A DNA stretch of 64,000 nucleotides from PVC group bacterium. Its GTDB lineage: Bacteria; Omnitrophota; Gorgyraeia; B26-G9. The first letter of the stretch is position 1, and each line of letters begins with the position of its first letter. The DNA is taken from contig JAAEQR010000195.1 in assembly GCA_024231215.1 (NCBI GenBank), forward strand, positions 433,349 through 497,348, read 5' to 3'. A program made the position numbers and the translations under genes. The notes beneath the pieces were generated by a model. The model did not search any database. It was not told the DNA's origin and saw nothing but the letters and a program-made list of their open reading frames with translations. Positions 32,401-39,149 of the stretch are shown here, piece by piece.

Positions 32401-35400
32401 AAACAGATGACAATACTGAGGGAAATATGATTATAAGTCATTCTGTGATTGATTATTTTGCTGTTTTGCATGATGGAGAAGCTGAGGCCGGAGTGGCAGA
32501 AGAAATCACAATAGAAGCAAAGGATGAATATGGTAATACATTAGTTGATTATACGAGTCAAATCACGGTTGATACTAATGGAACTCCGGGTACTATTACT
32601 TGGGGGAAGACTACCGGAGACGGGGTTTTTAATAACGGTGGAGCAGGTGTTGATACAGCAACTTATACCTTTGCTGCATCTGATGACGGAGTGGTGGTAT
32701 TGAATATTACAGATACTACAGTAGAAACTTTAAATATTTCTGTAAGTGGTGACAGTAAAACAGATAATGATACTGAAGGCGATTTGAACGTAGGTTCCGG
32801 AGCTTTAGAAGAATTTATAATTTCGCATGATGGTACAGCAGTTGCCGGGACCCAGGAAGCAATTACAGTTACTGCATATGATACTTATAGCAATATCAAA
32901 ACGAATTATACCGGACAGATAACTTTAGATACTAATGGTACCCAAGCTGCAATAAGCTGGGCTTTAAGCTCCGGGGTAGGAACGTTTAATGACGGTGGAG
33001 CAAGTGTGGATACAGCTACATATACTTTTGTCTCGGCTGATAATGGTACAGCTACGTTTATGATCACTGATACAAAAGCAGAAACCATTGATGTGAATGT
33101 AAGCGGTAGCGGAAAATTTGATGATGATTCAGAAGGGACCTTAGTTGTTTCTCCGGCAGTACTCAATGATTTTAAAATATCTCATGATGCTCAGGCAATA
33201 GCGGGTACATCGGAAAATATTACTATTTATGCTAAAGATTCCTATGGGAATACAAAGACTGATTATACCGGACAAATAATCGTGGATACAAACGGTACAG
33301 AAACTACGATTACCTGGGCATTAGTTACCGGTAACGGTACTTTCAATGATGATGGAGCAAGTGTAGATACAGCTGATTATACATTTGACGCAAATGATAA
33401 TGGGGAAGTAATATTGTCCATAAATGATACAACAGCGGAAGTAATAAATATATCGGTAAGTGGTAATAGTAAATTTGATGATGATACCGAAGGTAACTTA
33501 ACTGTAAATTCTGCGGTGATTGATTGCTTTGTAATCGTGCATGACGGTTCTGCGGTGCAATCTGTAGGAGAACTAATAACTGTTACAGCTAAAGATCAAT
33601 ATGCGAATAGTAAGGCTGATTATACCGGGACTATAACTTTAGATACTAATGGTGATGCGAATAATATCGCATGGGCATTGAACACAGGATCCGGGGTTTT
33701 TAATGATGGTGGTGCATCAGTGGATACTGCTACTTATGCTTATGTATCCGGGGATAGCGGGGTGGCTTTATTTGAAATTACGGATAATACAGCCCAGACA
33801 ATTAATATTTCCGTAAGCGGGGACGGTCAAACAGATGATGATACAGAAGGAAACCTGGTAGTACAGGCTTCTTCGACTACGGTTAGCGGGAGTGCAAATA
33901 CACTTACTTCTTATTATGTTCCTTCTGCGGTCAGCGGCAAATTAGTGCTTGATGTTACTTTGACCAATAATGATGTCCTTAGTACTGATACTTTAGAGAG
34001 TATTACGATAAATAATGTCGGAACGATTATGGACAGCCAGGTTAATTTGGTTAAATTATATTATGATAGTAATAATTCTAGTAGCTATACTCCGGGGGTG
34101 GATAATGAAATTGGGTCCGGAACTTTTTCAGGAGGAAGTATTACGTTTAATAATGTGAATGTTCAATTATCTGAGGCTGGAACAGAAGAGATATTTGTGA
34201 CTATTGATTTAAAAGCTGGCGTTAGTAACGGAGTAACTGTTGATGCTAGTATTCCTGTGGATGGTATGAATTTTGCCAATGCACCTGATTCTGAAAGTAT
34301 AATTCTTAATTCTTCCGGAAACTTGACTGTAGATTCCGCAACTCCGGGGGAAGTAACCAATTTGGCTACATCAAGCCATAACAATGCTACCAGTGCCTGG
34401 GATGATCCTCAGTCAAGAGATGATACGGTTTATGTGAGCTGGACCCCGGCTTTAGACAGTGGTAGTGGTATTGACGGTTATTCAATTCTTTGGGATACAA
34501 GTCCAACTACTTTACCGGATACAACCCAGGAGATAGAAGAAAGTATTACGGCTCAGACCAGTGCTGAATTGGCTGTGGGGAATGCCCACTATTTTCACAT
34601 TAGGAGTATAGACAAGGTAGGGAATTGGGATGATCAAGCAGCGCATATAGGACCTTTTTATATTGATACGACTTCTCCTGTTTCCACATCTATTTATCAG
34701 ATTACAGAATACGCTGGAGGAGATTATCTTTATGTGAGTGGTAATACAGTTTATTATTCCGGAGTTGGGTATTCTGCGTTTCGTGTTTTTGTGGAAGCAG
34801 CAGATGGTATATCTGCTCTTAAAGAAGCTGTATTTCCAACTACTACAAGTGCCGGAGGCACCGATGCAACAGAAGAAAGCGGTGCTTACGAATATATATA
34901 TACATATGAAGTAACCGCTGCCGGGAACAGCTATAATGATGTAAATGTTGCAGTATCTGATGTTGCGGGAAATACGACTAATGTTTCGTTTAGTGTGGTA
35001 TTGGATGAAACATCTCCGGCGACAGTAGCTTCTTTGAGTTCAAGTACACATACTCCAAGTGTTACTTCGGCTGATAATGATGTTACTTTGAACTGGACAG
35101 ATGCGAGTGATGCTGCAGCAGGTTTAGCCGGATATAGTATAGTTATAGATACAGCCTCAGACACATTGCCTCCACAATATAAAAATGTTAACAACGGGGT
35201 GGAGACATATATAGAAAGCGATCTTGATAACGGAACCTATTATGCTCATATCCGTCCGGTGGATAATGTGGGTAATTGGACGGCAAGCGCGACTCATGCC
35301 GGACCCTATATTGTTGGTCGCGGTTCTCTTGATGCATCTATTGCTGCTTCTCAGGCTGTGGTTAGTACGGATCAACAGTTTATGGTAACTATGACTGTTG

Positions 35401-37853
35401 ATAATACGGGTGATGCTAGTATTAGTGACGTTGATATTTCTAGCCTTACGGTTACAGGTACAAGCGGAGCTTCTGCAACGACCGGTTCTAACCCCGCTTC
35501 TCAGGATATTTCTTCTTCAGATCAGAAGCAATTTCAGTGGACTTATACGGCCGGATCTTCCAGCGGTACGATAAATTTTAAAGGTTCAGCCCAGGGTACG
35601 GACCAGGAAGGTTCAATTATTTCAGATATTGTTATTTCATCTGATATTGTGGTTGAAGAAAAAGCAGCTTTGAGCGTTGCTGCTTCGGCAAGTCCAAGTA
35701 CTGCAAATACAAACGAAACAATAACAATTACAGTTACGGTAACCAATAGCGGAGCAGCGGATGCATTAACCGTAGCACCAAGTTTGACCCCTTCGGGAAC
35801 AGCTAGTCCAGCTATAGATAGCGGTCCTAGCCCGGCTAATGCTACAGTTGGGGGAGGTAAATCTAAAGATTTTACGTTTACTGCGCATGGGACAGCTGCG
35901 GGAACAGCTACATTTACGGCAAACTTAACTTCTGGTACAGATGAAAATTCCGGAGATAATTTGTCAGTTACAGATGATGCTGATTCTGTAACTGTGGAGA
36001 CTCCGATTCCTTTTGAATTAACTTCATTGGTCAGTGCAACTCCTGTTGCCGTAAATACTTCAGAAACGATTACCGTAACTATGAGTGTGCAGAATACAGG
36101 TGCCAATAGTATAGCTAATGTGACACCTTCTTCTTTGGTAGTAGGCGGAACATCTTCGGATGCGGTTTATGCTACTGGGCCGGTTCCGGCTAATGTGGCT
36201 AGTTTAGCATCTGGTGCTAGTCAAAATTTTACCTGGACATATACAGCAGGAACTACGTTAGGAACTGTGAACTTTAGCGGAAACGCAGTAGGGACAGAGG
36301 CTTCTTCGACCTCAAATAGTTCCAGCGATATTACGATTCAGGCTGCTCCTGCAACATTAACCTCAACGATTAGTTCTTCTCCGACTAGCTTGCTGACTAA
36401 TGCTTCGATTACCGTAACTATGACAGTTACTAATACTGCTTCTGCAGGTGGAGCAGCCTCAGACGGAACAGGTCCTTCAAATCTCAGTTTAGATGGGACA
36501 AGCGGAGAAGCTAACTTATTAACCGGGCCGATTCCGGTAAGCGCGGATATTGCTGCCGGAGCTAGTCAGGATTTTGTCTGGACATATCGGGCTGGAACTA
36601 CAGCGGGTACAGTAAATTTTAGCGGGAATGCTTCCGGGACAGATGGAAATTCAGGAGCAGATGTTTCATCAACTTCTAATAGTTCAAACAATGTCACCAT
36701 AAGTACATTATCTCCGGATTGGATGTATCCGACCGGGACTGATGTTACCGGTCCGGTGCGTGGTGTTCCGATTGCTTATTGGGGGATGCGTAATTATATT
36801 TATTTTGGTTCTGATGACAATAATCTTTATGTACTTGACGGTGATACACATGAATTGGTTTTTGCATTTACCAGTTCCGGTATGATCCGGGGATTGCCGT
36901 ATCCATCCAGTGAGACTAAAGGAGCGGGGACCGAAGATGTTGTTTACTTTGGTACTTTGGGTAAGACGATATATTCGTTATGGGCGGATAATTCTTTGAA
37001 TTGGGAACGGGTAATGGGTGAAGAGCTTTCTACGACTATTTTATATGATTATGTTTCCGGTGTGTATTTTGGCACAAAAAGTAATAGAATATATTGTCTT
37101 GATTCTACTGACGGAACTGATGGCTGGGCAGCTCCGGCTGATGTGGGTGGTAGTGTTGAGTCTGATCCGGCAATGATTTATGTTCCTACGCTTGACTATG
37201 ACGAAGTATACTTTGGAGCTAGTGACGGAAAGATATACGCGTTTAAAGCTGCAGACGGAACCGGAGCACGTTCTTTTGATACAGGGTTTGGCGAGACAGG
37301 GGCAATAAAAACAGCTCCGTTTATTTCAAATCAGGAGCCGGGGAATAGTAGTTCGCGTCGTCTTGTATTCTTTGGCACAGCTAACGGCAGATTTTATGCG
37401 GTTAATACCGCTAATTTAAGTGCAAGTACGGCTGAGACCGGATGGGATACAAACCCGGTAGTTGTCGGAGACGCTGTATATTCTTCACCGTGGGTGGATG
37501 CAGATACCGATTGTGTATATTTCGGTTCACAGGACGGTAAGATTTATGCTTTAAATCTTGCGGATGGAACTTCTAAGGCTAATTTCCCGGTAGATATTGG
37601 TTCACCGATTGATTCTGCGCCGTTGGTGGAAAATGGAGTTATTTATTGTGGAGCAGATAACGGTAAGTTTTATGCTGTAGATATAGCTACTGGGACTCTT
37701 GTTCCGGGGTGGCCTTATGATACCGGAGATGCAATAAAAGGCGGTGCGGCATTACACTTGATTTATGATACGGAGACTTGGGATGTAATAGATACCTATG
37801 TTCTTGTTGGGTCTGATTCAGGTAAAATATATTCTTTTCAAGCGGTACAATAA
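17430..37853 (+). CDS. Giant (6807 aa) secreted surface/adhesin-like repeat protein with C-terminal PQQ-like beta-propeller
   Basis: Signal peptide, IPT/TIG-like and Fn3-like repeats, 27 Asp/Thr-rich ~119-aa repeats, a golvesin/Xly-like module, and terminal V(Y/F)FG..DG..YA blades. Confidence 0.88.
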   Translation: MKRLITIGLILSIWCFSAILVYAGDGDFAIYREATGGEASTATAADVTWDTTVSADATFSISANTSVDLSEGGHYFVMYNIGWLGSGGNRRSEQQMWLNLAGSEIVWGRSTGYIRRSNAMEAWQFGAAIINANAGDDLKIVEQRTDTYPTMVTNRIANSSSLMVLKLNDNWDYARISEAGGGQAFSSTTATAVTWDTNDELDTGSFTHTGDTDQITLKTAGHYLVTANIEMLTSGTSRTAGSMYLSLDGTEIDGTRTTSYIRGTDGTNNNTAVFSGIIETSSADQVLRVMMYEKTGSNPTIVANKAGITIVKLPDTADYVRLVKTTTQAVDGTDDPITWDSQVELDTGSFGNSSNLVTFTQDSDYLFLATFWADGTTNNSRNYPHWEWRKSGTKIQYGSGGKYSRGTGSAEAGNSLGLIAHGITTSNNIDIVNTDETNKDDAERLFQANRMALQAINMKAFLPPVITDAADEVFYNTETSVTITGDRFRTTKGTGKLELCDSATYATANKIEQTTTAWGNTSIDFTVNRSTLAEGTLYLFITNDDGQITGGYSVEVYDLPAITNVSPSTFVDTDTGIDITGSNFNAAQGSGIVELGNAATYAGSTTKVSQTVTGWAEGSITFTAVQGALGGGDVYVYVTDDYGHVSSGYQVKLAANPLITDIDDEVFYDGETSVTIIGDAFYAAKGTGKVELADSATYATANKVEQTTTSWGNSSIDFTVNRSTLSEGSLYVFVTNDDALTSAGYAVYVYDLPSISGVDPTSFMDSDTGIDISGADFGASQGTGILEIGDAATYAACVTKVSQTVTSWADDTITFTAVQGALTPGTVYLYVTDDNGHVSAAQSATLTVPPPPSITLVDPAGFTNNDPGIEITGSYFDASQGTGKVELGDASTYGSCTILEEQTITSWASDTITFTAVRGALTPGGVYLYVTNDDSDTSTGTSVNIAAEPIPEGTKLGAYQAAGSASGTTSRSRYMAMTSPDIDNIRIIKFGHKSNVAGSMRMGLYVGGAIGNPDNATLAADSGQVTHDGGGSWQEFDLTTPYDLAKNTQYGVAWKTDGASYYFDNTSLGNLEDCDQYWENLTNEPANSTNAFQGTLNVASTYDYTYLHYIVYVRYPTLSSVSETYIDDGDLAIQVNGVGFEDDNEFGNSANKIYLGDAATYAACSTLVEQTFTAWADAQITFNVSKGDLSDGTVYVYVINDNSQVSDNGQSVILDVNTPTNPTAPASGWDVSGKTNALTNNTWGGHASAYFEWTGADDSGGSGVSGYSVYWGTDSGGEPGVTQDQAGSSYDAGAILFDGIYYLRVRTFDNIGKFSEPITLFTYKYDKTDPVNPTSPSGAWYTSSKIDSLIDDTWQNDDETPYFEWSGATDATSGVSGYSVYWGTAIDGEPGLIQEQVVTTLGEVSATGDNTYYLRIRTFDFAGNYSDIVNLFTCKFDNTVPANPTAPALAWDSSGKSTGLTDNTVQNIDDTPYFEWSGATDATSGVSGYSVYWGIAIDGEPEITQEQTAISYDISTPTGDATYYLRVRTFDNATNYSDAITVFTFIYDSQKPTVLIEVSPDPTGSIPSGSLEFKLTFSETMDIGTTPTITYDPSGATGVQSVSTGGSWSTTTYSNDTYTVYNDNAITSTTGDGVATISVTQAKDPADNTMDADTDDSFDIDSAMHHFRVEHDGSGLINVAELLTITAVTQGGNTAIDYTGTITVSTQGETAQISWDVNTGTNAINDGGAGNDSATYLFDAADNGVVVLEMISTAPDTLDIEVDDTTYTDDDTEGNIVISSYALDHFVISHDNSGEAGVGENVTVTAINTESQTKTDYVGTITLDTTGTSTAIGWSLSSGNGIFNDGGGASDTATYNFNINDNGVATFIFTGTKVETLDIDVADGAETDDESEGTMAISPSAIDHFDITHDNSAVAGGAENVTITAKDAYENIKTNFTGTVTLDTDGDVNAVSWAEDAGNQGTFNDGGSGVASATYTFALADNGTADFTITDTKTESIDIDVSGSGKYDSDEEGLLLVTPGSINYFIIVHDNSAAAGVAEGLTVTSYDQYDNIKTDYTGEITLDTDGTATSITWALDTGNGIFADGGGLLDTATYTYDAADSGVATFTITDTTQESLDIDISGDANDNDSEGNLIVGLPVISYFVVLHDGAANAGVTENVTVTAKDSLGATMTSYVGQIQLDTNGTATTIVWALDTGDGTFNDGGASVDTALYTYDAADNGVAVFSIIDNTQETINIAVTGDGKTDNNTEGNLIVGVPLLSHFTISHDGNADAGVDENVTVTAKDTVDSTKTDYTGQITLDTNGTSGTITWALDTGNGTFNDGGALVDTATYNYTGSDNGVAIFTINDTTAESLDIDVSSGGIVDDETEGNLIVATGALDYFLIEHDNAAVINISELVIVTPRDSQNNIITDYTGQITLDTNTSSPSGITWTLLSGNGSFVDGGGSVDTATYTYALADSGTASFSIKSSSLETINLAVSGDGENDDNTEGNLVVGNAAELTWGMVDAVQAYATTTTSGRMISGYSPNISNMIITKLASHHGSTGSTRIGCWTGGVSGDPTGATLLVQTGNETVSSTGWAEHDVTDTPWPKNTRTWSGYALSGAAISYANNGAYNEDYDESHGRTHQPAGLSTNPATAHQNITGDGAEAAFWYYMHVMYTIEPGVNAISNSVISSSVDVGSSDKIILDLSLTNDSVTADTITAVTINNVGTASDSDISSVKLYYDSNNSEDYSPGADTQVGSGVFSSGTKTFSNLSINIDANLGTEELFVVVDISNSATPGNTIDVAIPANGITLSGTGTIEDAALNSSGNRSIVMLLDHFTISHDTAGLAGSDESITIMAKDSYGNTKIDYTGTINIDTTGTAGSIAWALSSGSGVFNDDGASVDTCDYTFSGADNGVVVLSLNDTISETLNISVSGDTKTDDNTEGDLVISPAPIHHFVIGHDNTAEAGIGESITVTAKDEFENTLVDYSSQITLDTNGSLDSISWTLSSGFGSFADGGGSVDTATYTFDETDDGVATFTMTDTISETINISVSGDTKTDDNTEGDLVVSAGTIDYFVISHDEVANAGIAETITITAKDSLGNTKADYIGTITIDTNGTVNTITWSDPGGNNGVFTEGGASVDTATYEYAADDNGEVTLNITDTKTEGLDISVTGDTKTDDDTEGDLTINPGVIDYFIVSHDGTAVTGISEDLIVTAYDAEDNIKTDYTGTITLDTNGTSTAITWTLKNGSGTLDDDGSNYDTADYTFNSSDLGTATFGIIDFAAETINVDVTGDAKTDDDTEGNLQFISSGIDHFLIVHDGDAIAGIAENITIYAKDANEDTITTYQGQITINTDGSATGIGWALNTGSGSFVDGGGTVDTATYTFDPTDNGVVILELTDTVEETIDISIVGEGKNDDDTEGVLEVNPAGMHHFNIVHDGNAQAGIADSITIQVHDANHNTVTDYTGEITVYTNGTATAITWAKQTGSGSFSEGGPTVDTATYTFVFQDNGVCVLTLADTKVETLNIGVSGGGKLDDDTEGALVVGPGLIDQFVITHDGGAIAGISDNVTIRAEDAYANLKTDYTGMITVDTNGTVDTIVWAKVVGNGTFLDGGASVDTATYTFDATDSGQCTLSVSDTIAESLNVSVSGDAKVDDDTEGDLVVTATSLDHFVVSHDNTAEAAVAESITITAYDIYENVKENYTGQITVDTSGTANAITWGLSVGNGTFLDGGASVDTATYTYADSDDGVVILTISDTVAQSIDVDCSGDAKTDDDTEGNLVVGATVINYFKVNHDELASAGVAENVTITAYDTYDNAKTNYTGTITVDTDGSADAITWAKITGGGSFVDGGGAVDTATYTYVAGDLGVVVLSITANAAESLDIDITGSSKSDDDTDNALVVSASTLEDFLISHDGQGVVNSGEPITITARDAYQNTKLDYTGEISVSVSGETGEITWAVANGAGSFADGGQYTDTANYTFHSNDEGVVILTLTDDEADTVNIAVSGGGKADENSEGTLSFTSSYIVIDNLDSGYTENATDNDWTTQTAGNEYSSDWRRDTTFNDGDWARWTPDIDLNGNYEVFAYWSSNGAANATDAPYTIYYNGGNDTVDKNQEVAGNMWNTLGTYEFISGTSGYVQLDDSANDDLSADAIKFELRGSANASANSVTTDAVEAGESDILILDFTVTNNYTENDTVNSITMNNNGTVSDSDIISIKLFYDSNNSYDYSPGVDSQIGTGTFSSGTKTFSGLNITVPGAGTKDFFVVLAIDSDVAQDVTLDVQIPIDGITLANAPEVEDSIINSSGTRTVSLVLDYFVIAHDNAANAGTSEDITVTAKDQYGNTVTSYEGTITLDTNGTVNTITWALDTGNGSFDDGGALADTATYTFNNSDNGIAVFTINDTKTETINIAVSGSGKSDENNEGDLVVSAGTLAHFDVDIDNSAIVGLADLVTVTAHDVNHNIIENYTGTITLDTNGTEDTITWGLNSGFGNFTDNGVLVDTATYEFDSSDNSTVVFLITDTMAETINIAVSGDGQQDYDDEGNLVFQTGSIDHFLIAHDGSAQAGVVDNITITAKDAYENTLVNYTGQITVDTDGTAATIEWAKVTGNGTFNDGGLSVDTATYTYNSSDNGVVVLSIKDTTLESLNIAVSGDGKSDDDTEGLISIGTGVIDHFAISHDGFAMQNQTEDITIKAYDAYNNIKTDYTGEITVDTDGSGDITWALDTGGGVFNDGGGGDDTATYTYVGGDSGEVVLSITDLSAEIINISVSGDTKTDDDNEGVLEVVAAGFHHFKITHDGNAVTGVAEQITITAKDVSDDTVTNYAGTMTVDTNGTATAIAWGLDTGNGTFNDDGAGVDTADYTFNASDNGVVILTLTDTNQETINISASGSGKTDDNTEGSLVINLAGIDHFIISHDGAAFAGMADDVNITAKDANSATVTSYTGTITIDTSGTSGTITWALVTGDGSFNDGGAAVDTADYTFVSGDNGVVTLSINDTTAETLNISVSGDGKTDDNTEGNMIISHSVIDYFAVLHDGEAEAGVAEEITIEAKDEYGNTLVDYTSQITVDTNGTPGTITWGKTTGDGVFNNGGAGVDTATYTFAASDDGVVVLNITDTTVETLNISVSGDSKTDNDTEGDLNVGSGALEEFIISHDGTAVAGTQEAITVTAYDTYSNIKTNYTGQITLDTNGTQAAISWALSSGVGTFNDGGASVDTATYTFVSADNGTATFMITDTKAETIDVNVSGSGKFDDDSEGTLVVSPAVLNDFKISHDAQAIAGTSENITIYAKDSYGNTKTDYTGQIIVDTNGTETTITWALVTGNGTFNDDGASVDTADYTFDANDNGEVILSINDTTAEVINISVSGNSKFDDDTEGNLTVNSAVIDCFVIVHDGSAVQSVGELITVTAKDQYANSKADYTGTITLDTNGDANNIAWALNTGSGVFNDGGASVDTATYAYVSGDSGVALFEITDNTAQTINISVSGDGQTDDDTEGNLVVQASSTTVSGSANTLTSYYVPSAVSGKLVLDVTLTNNDVLSTDTLESITINNVGTIMDSQVNLVKLYYDSNNSSSYTPGVDNEIGSGTFSGGSITFNNVNVQLSEAGTEEIFVTIDLKAGVSNGVTVDASIPVDGMNFANAPDSESIILNSSGNLTVDSATPGEVTNLATSSHNNATSAWDDPQSRDDTVYVSWTPALDSGSGIDGYSILWDTSPTTLPDTTQEIEESITAQTSAELAVGNAHYFHIRSIDKVGNWDDQAAHIGPFYIDTTSPVSTSIYQITEYAGGDYLYVSGNTVYYSGVGYSAFRVFVEAADGISALKEAVFPTTTSAGGTDATEESGAYEYIYTYEVTAAGNSYNDVNVAVSDVAGNTTNVSFSVVLDETSPATVASLSSSTHTPSVTSADNDVTLNWTDASDAAAGLAGYSIVIDTASDTLPPQYKNVNNGVETYIESDLDNGTYYAHIRPVDNVGNWTASATHAGPYIVGRGSLDASIAASQAVVSTDQQFMVTMTVDNTGDASISDVDISSLTVTGTSGASATTGSNPASQDISSSDQKQFQWTYTAGSSSGTINFKGSAQGTDQEGSIISDIVISSDIVVEEKAALSVAASASPSTANTNETITITVTVTNSGAADALTVAPSLTPSGTASPAIDSGPSPANATVGGGKSKDFTFTAHGTAAGTATFTANLTSGTDENSGDNLSVTDDADSVTVETPIPFELTSLVSATPVAVNTSETITVTMSVQNTGANSIANVTPSSLVVGGTSSDAVYATGPVPANVASLASGASQNFTWTYTAGTTLGTVNFSGNAVGTEASSTSNSSSDITIQAAPATLTSTISSSPTSLLTNASITVTMTVTNTASAGGAASDGTGPSNLSLDGTSGEANLLTGPIPVSADIAAGASQDFVWTYRAGTTAGTVNFSGNASGTDGNSGADVSSTSNSSNNVTISTLSPDWMYPTGTDVTGPVRGVPIAYWGMRNYIYFGSDDNNLYVLDGDTHELVFAFTSSGMIRGLPYPSSETKGAGTEDVVYFGTLGKTIYSLWADNSLNWERVMGEELSTTILYDYVSGVYFGTKSNRIYCLDSTDGTDGWAAPADVGGSVESDPAMIYVPTLDYDEVYFGASDGKIYAFKAADGTGARSFDTGFGETGAIKTAPFISNQEPGNSSSRRLVFFGTANGRFYAVNTANLSASTAETGWDTNPVVVGDAVYSSPWVDADTDCVYFGSQDGKIYALNLADGTSKANFPVDIGSPIDSAPLVENGVIYCGADNGKFYAVDIATGTLVPGWPYDTGDAIKGGAALHLIYDTETWDVIDTYVLVGSDSGKIYSFQAVQ
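22419..33866 (+). repeat. 27 intragenic ~357-bp repeats in three arrays (7+10+10)
   Basis: Unit consensus (I/L)DHF.I.HD..A.AG..E.ITITA.D...N....YTG.IT.DT.GT...I.W....G.G.F.DGG..VDTATYTF...DNG.....I.DT..E.I.I.VSG..K.DD.TEG.L. Counted by eye. Confidence 0.85.
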
Positions 37854-37857
37854 CTCA

Positions 37858-37893
37858 TTCGACAGGCTTAGGGTTAATGCTGAGCTGGTCGAA
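37858..37893. repeat. REP-like imperfect palindrome TTCGAC..GCTTAG/CTGAGC..GTCGAA
   Basis: TTCGACAGGCTTAG-GGTTAATG-CTGAGCTGGTCGAA. Related half-sites at 49132-49158 and 51458-51473. Confidence 0.55.
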
Positions 37894-37974
37894 GTATGAA
37901 AAAATCAAAAGGACAAAAAAATGGTTGTAAATTAAGGAGGTTCCGGGTGTATAATAAAAACATGGGGGTGTAAT

Positions 37975-39108
37975 ATGAAACGATTATTTGCATTGACCTT
38001 GGTGTGTCTATTTTTATTGTCCAGCATATGTTTTGCCGCTGATTGGCCGATGTTTCGAAAAGATGTAGAGCGCTCAGGTAATAGCGGTGAATATTTACAG
38101 TCGCCGCTTTCTGTAAAATGGGAATTTAAAGCTAGTGGTAAAATAGTTTCTTCTCCTACTGTGTTTGACGGAAAAGTTTATGTTGGCTCAAGAGATGGTA
38201 ATGTATATGCGCTAAACGCTCAGACCGGTAAGAGTATTTGGAGTTTTGAAGCCGGAGATTGGGTGGACTCTTCTTGTACGGTAACTAATGACGGAGTGTA
38301 TTTTAGCTGCCGGAACGGGCTTTTTTATTGTCTGGATTCCGAGACAGGAGAAGTTAAATGGCAATATGAGACCATGGGGACGGATTCATCTTCCCCGCTG
38401 GTTGTGGACGGTAAGGTTTTTTGCGGGTCTGGGTTTGAAAATAAATTTATTTATGCTTTGGATGCCAAACTGGGTATATTGCTTTGGCAGACAGATACTC
38501 AGCAGATGGTTTATTCTTCGCCTGCATATTCCCAGGGCAAGGTTTATGTTGGATCTAATGATGGGTATGTTTATTGTCTGGATGAAAATTCCGGGACAGT
38601 GAAGTGGAAATATAATACAGGATCTGAACTATATTATTCTACTCCGGCAATTGGCAATGATAAGTTATATATTGCGCCGGGAAAATTTAATTGGAAAGTC
38701 TATGCGTTAAATGTTAATTCCGGAAGCGTTGCTTGGGAGTATGAAGTGGAAGATAAAAAAGAAACCCCAACTTATGTATCCAGTGTGGCGGTGGCGCAAA
38801 ATTCCATATTCTTTGTTTCAGGATATGAGAAGCAATATATATATTGTATTGATGTTAATACCGGAACGCTTAAATGGAAAGGACTCTTAGGCGCGGCATT
38901 ACGTTATGGTTTTGCGTCGTCACCTTGTATTACCGAAGATATGATTTATGTGTGTTCATCAAAAGGCACGCTTAAGGCGTTTGATCCAGATAGTGGAGAG
39001 TTGCAATGGGAAGAGATGATAGCCAAAGGAGTGCTTTCTTCTCCGGCAATAGTGAATCAAGTATTGTACATTTCTGCTTTTGACGGTACTGTGTATGCTT
39101 TAGAATAG
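37975..39108 (+). CDS. Secreted PQQ-like (BamB/AfsK-type) beta-propeller protein
   Basis: Signal peptide ending CFA-ADWPMF, with repeated SSP.V.DG.VYVGS.DG.VYAL...TG...W blades. Confidence 0.9.
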   Translation: MKRLFALTLVCLFLLSSICFAADWPMFRKDVERSGNSGEYLQSPLSVKWEFKASGKIVSSPTVFDGKVYVGSRDGNVYALNAQTGKSIWSFEAGDWVDSSCTVTNDGVYFSCRNGLFYCLDSETGEVKWQYETMGTDSSSPLVVDGKVFCGSGFENKFIYALDAKLGILLWQTDTQQMVYSSPAYSQGKVYVGSNDGYVYCLDENSGTVKWKYNTGSELYYSTPAIGNDKLYIAPGKFNWKVYALNVNSGSVAWEYEVEDKKETPTYVSSVAVAQNSIFFVSGYEKQYIYCIDVNTGTLKWKGLLGAALRYGFASSPCITEDMIYVCSSKGTLKAFDPDSGELQWEEMIAKGVLSSPAIVNQVLYISAFDGTVYALE

Positions 39109-39149
39109 GCCGCTAAGATTACGTTTGGAGTTTACCGTGGCGAGTTTTT

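Noticed and set aside
35543-36106. 187-aa antisense ORF and the other short overlapping ORFs in the track (e.g. 39427-41001 +, 42534-43283 +, 17387-17623 -)
   Set aside because: These are shadow frames opposite well-supported genes and have no motifs of their own.
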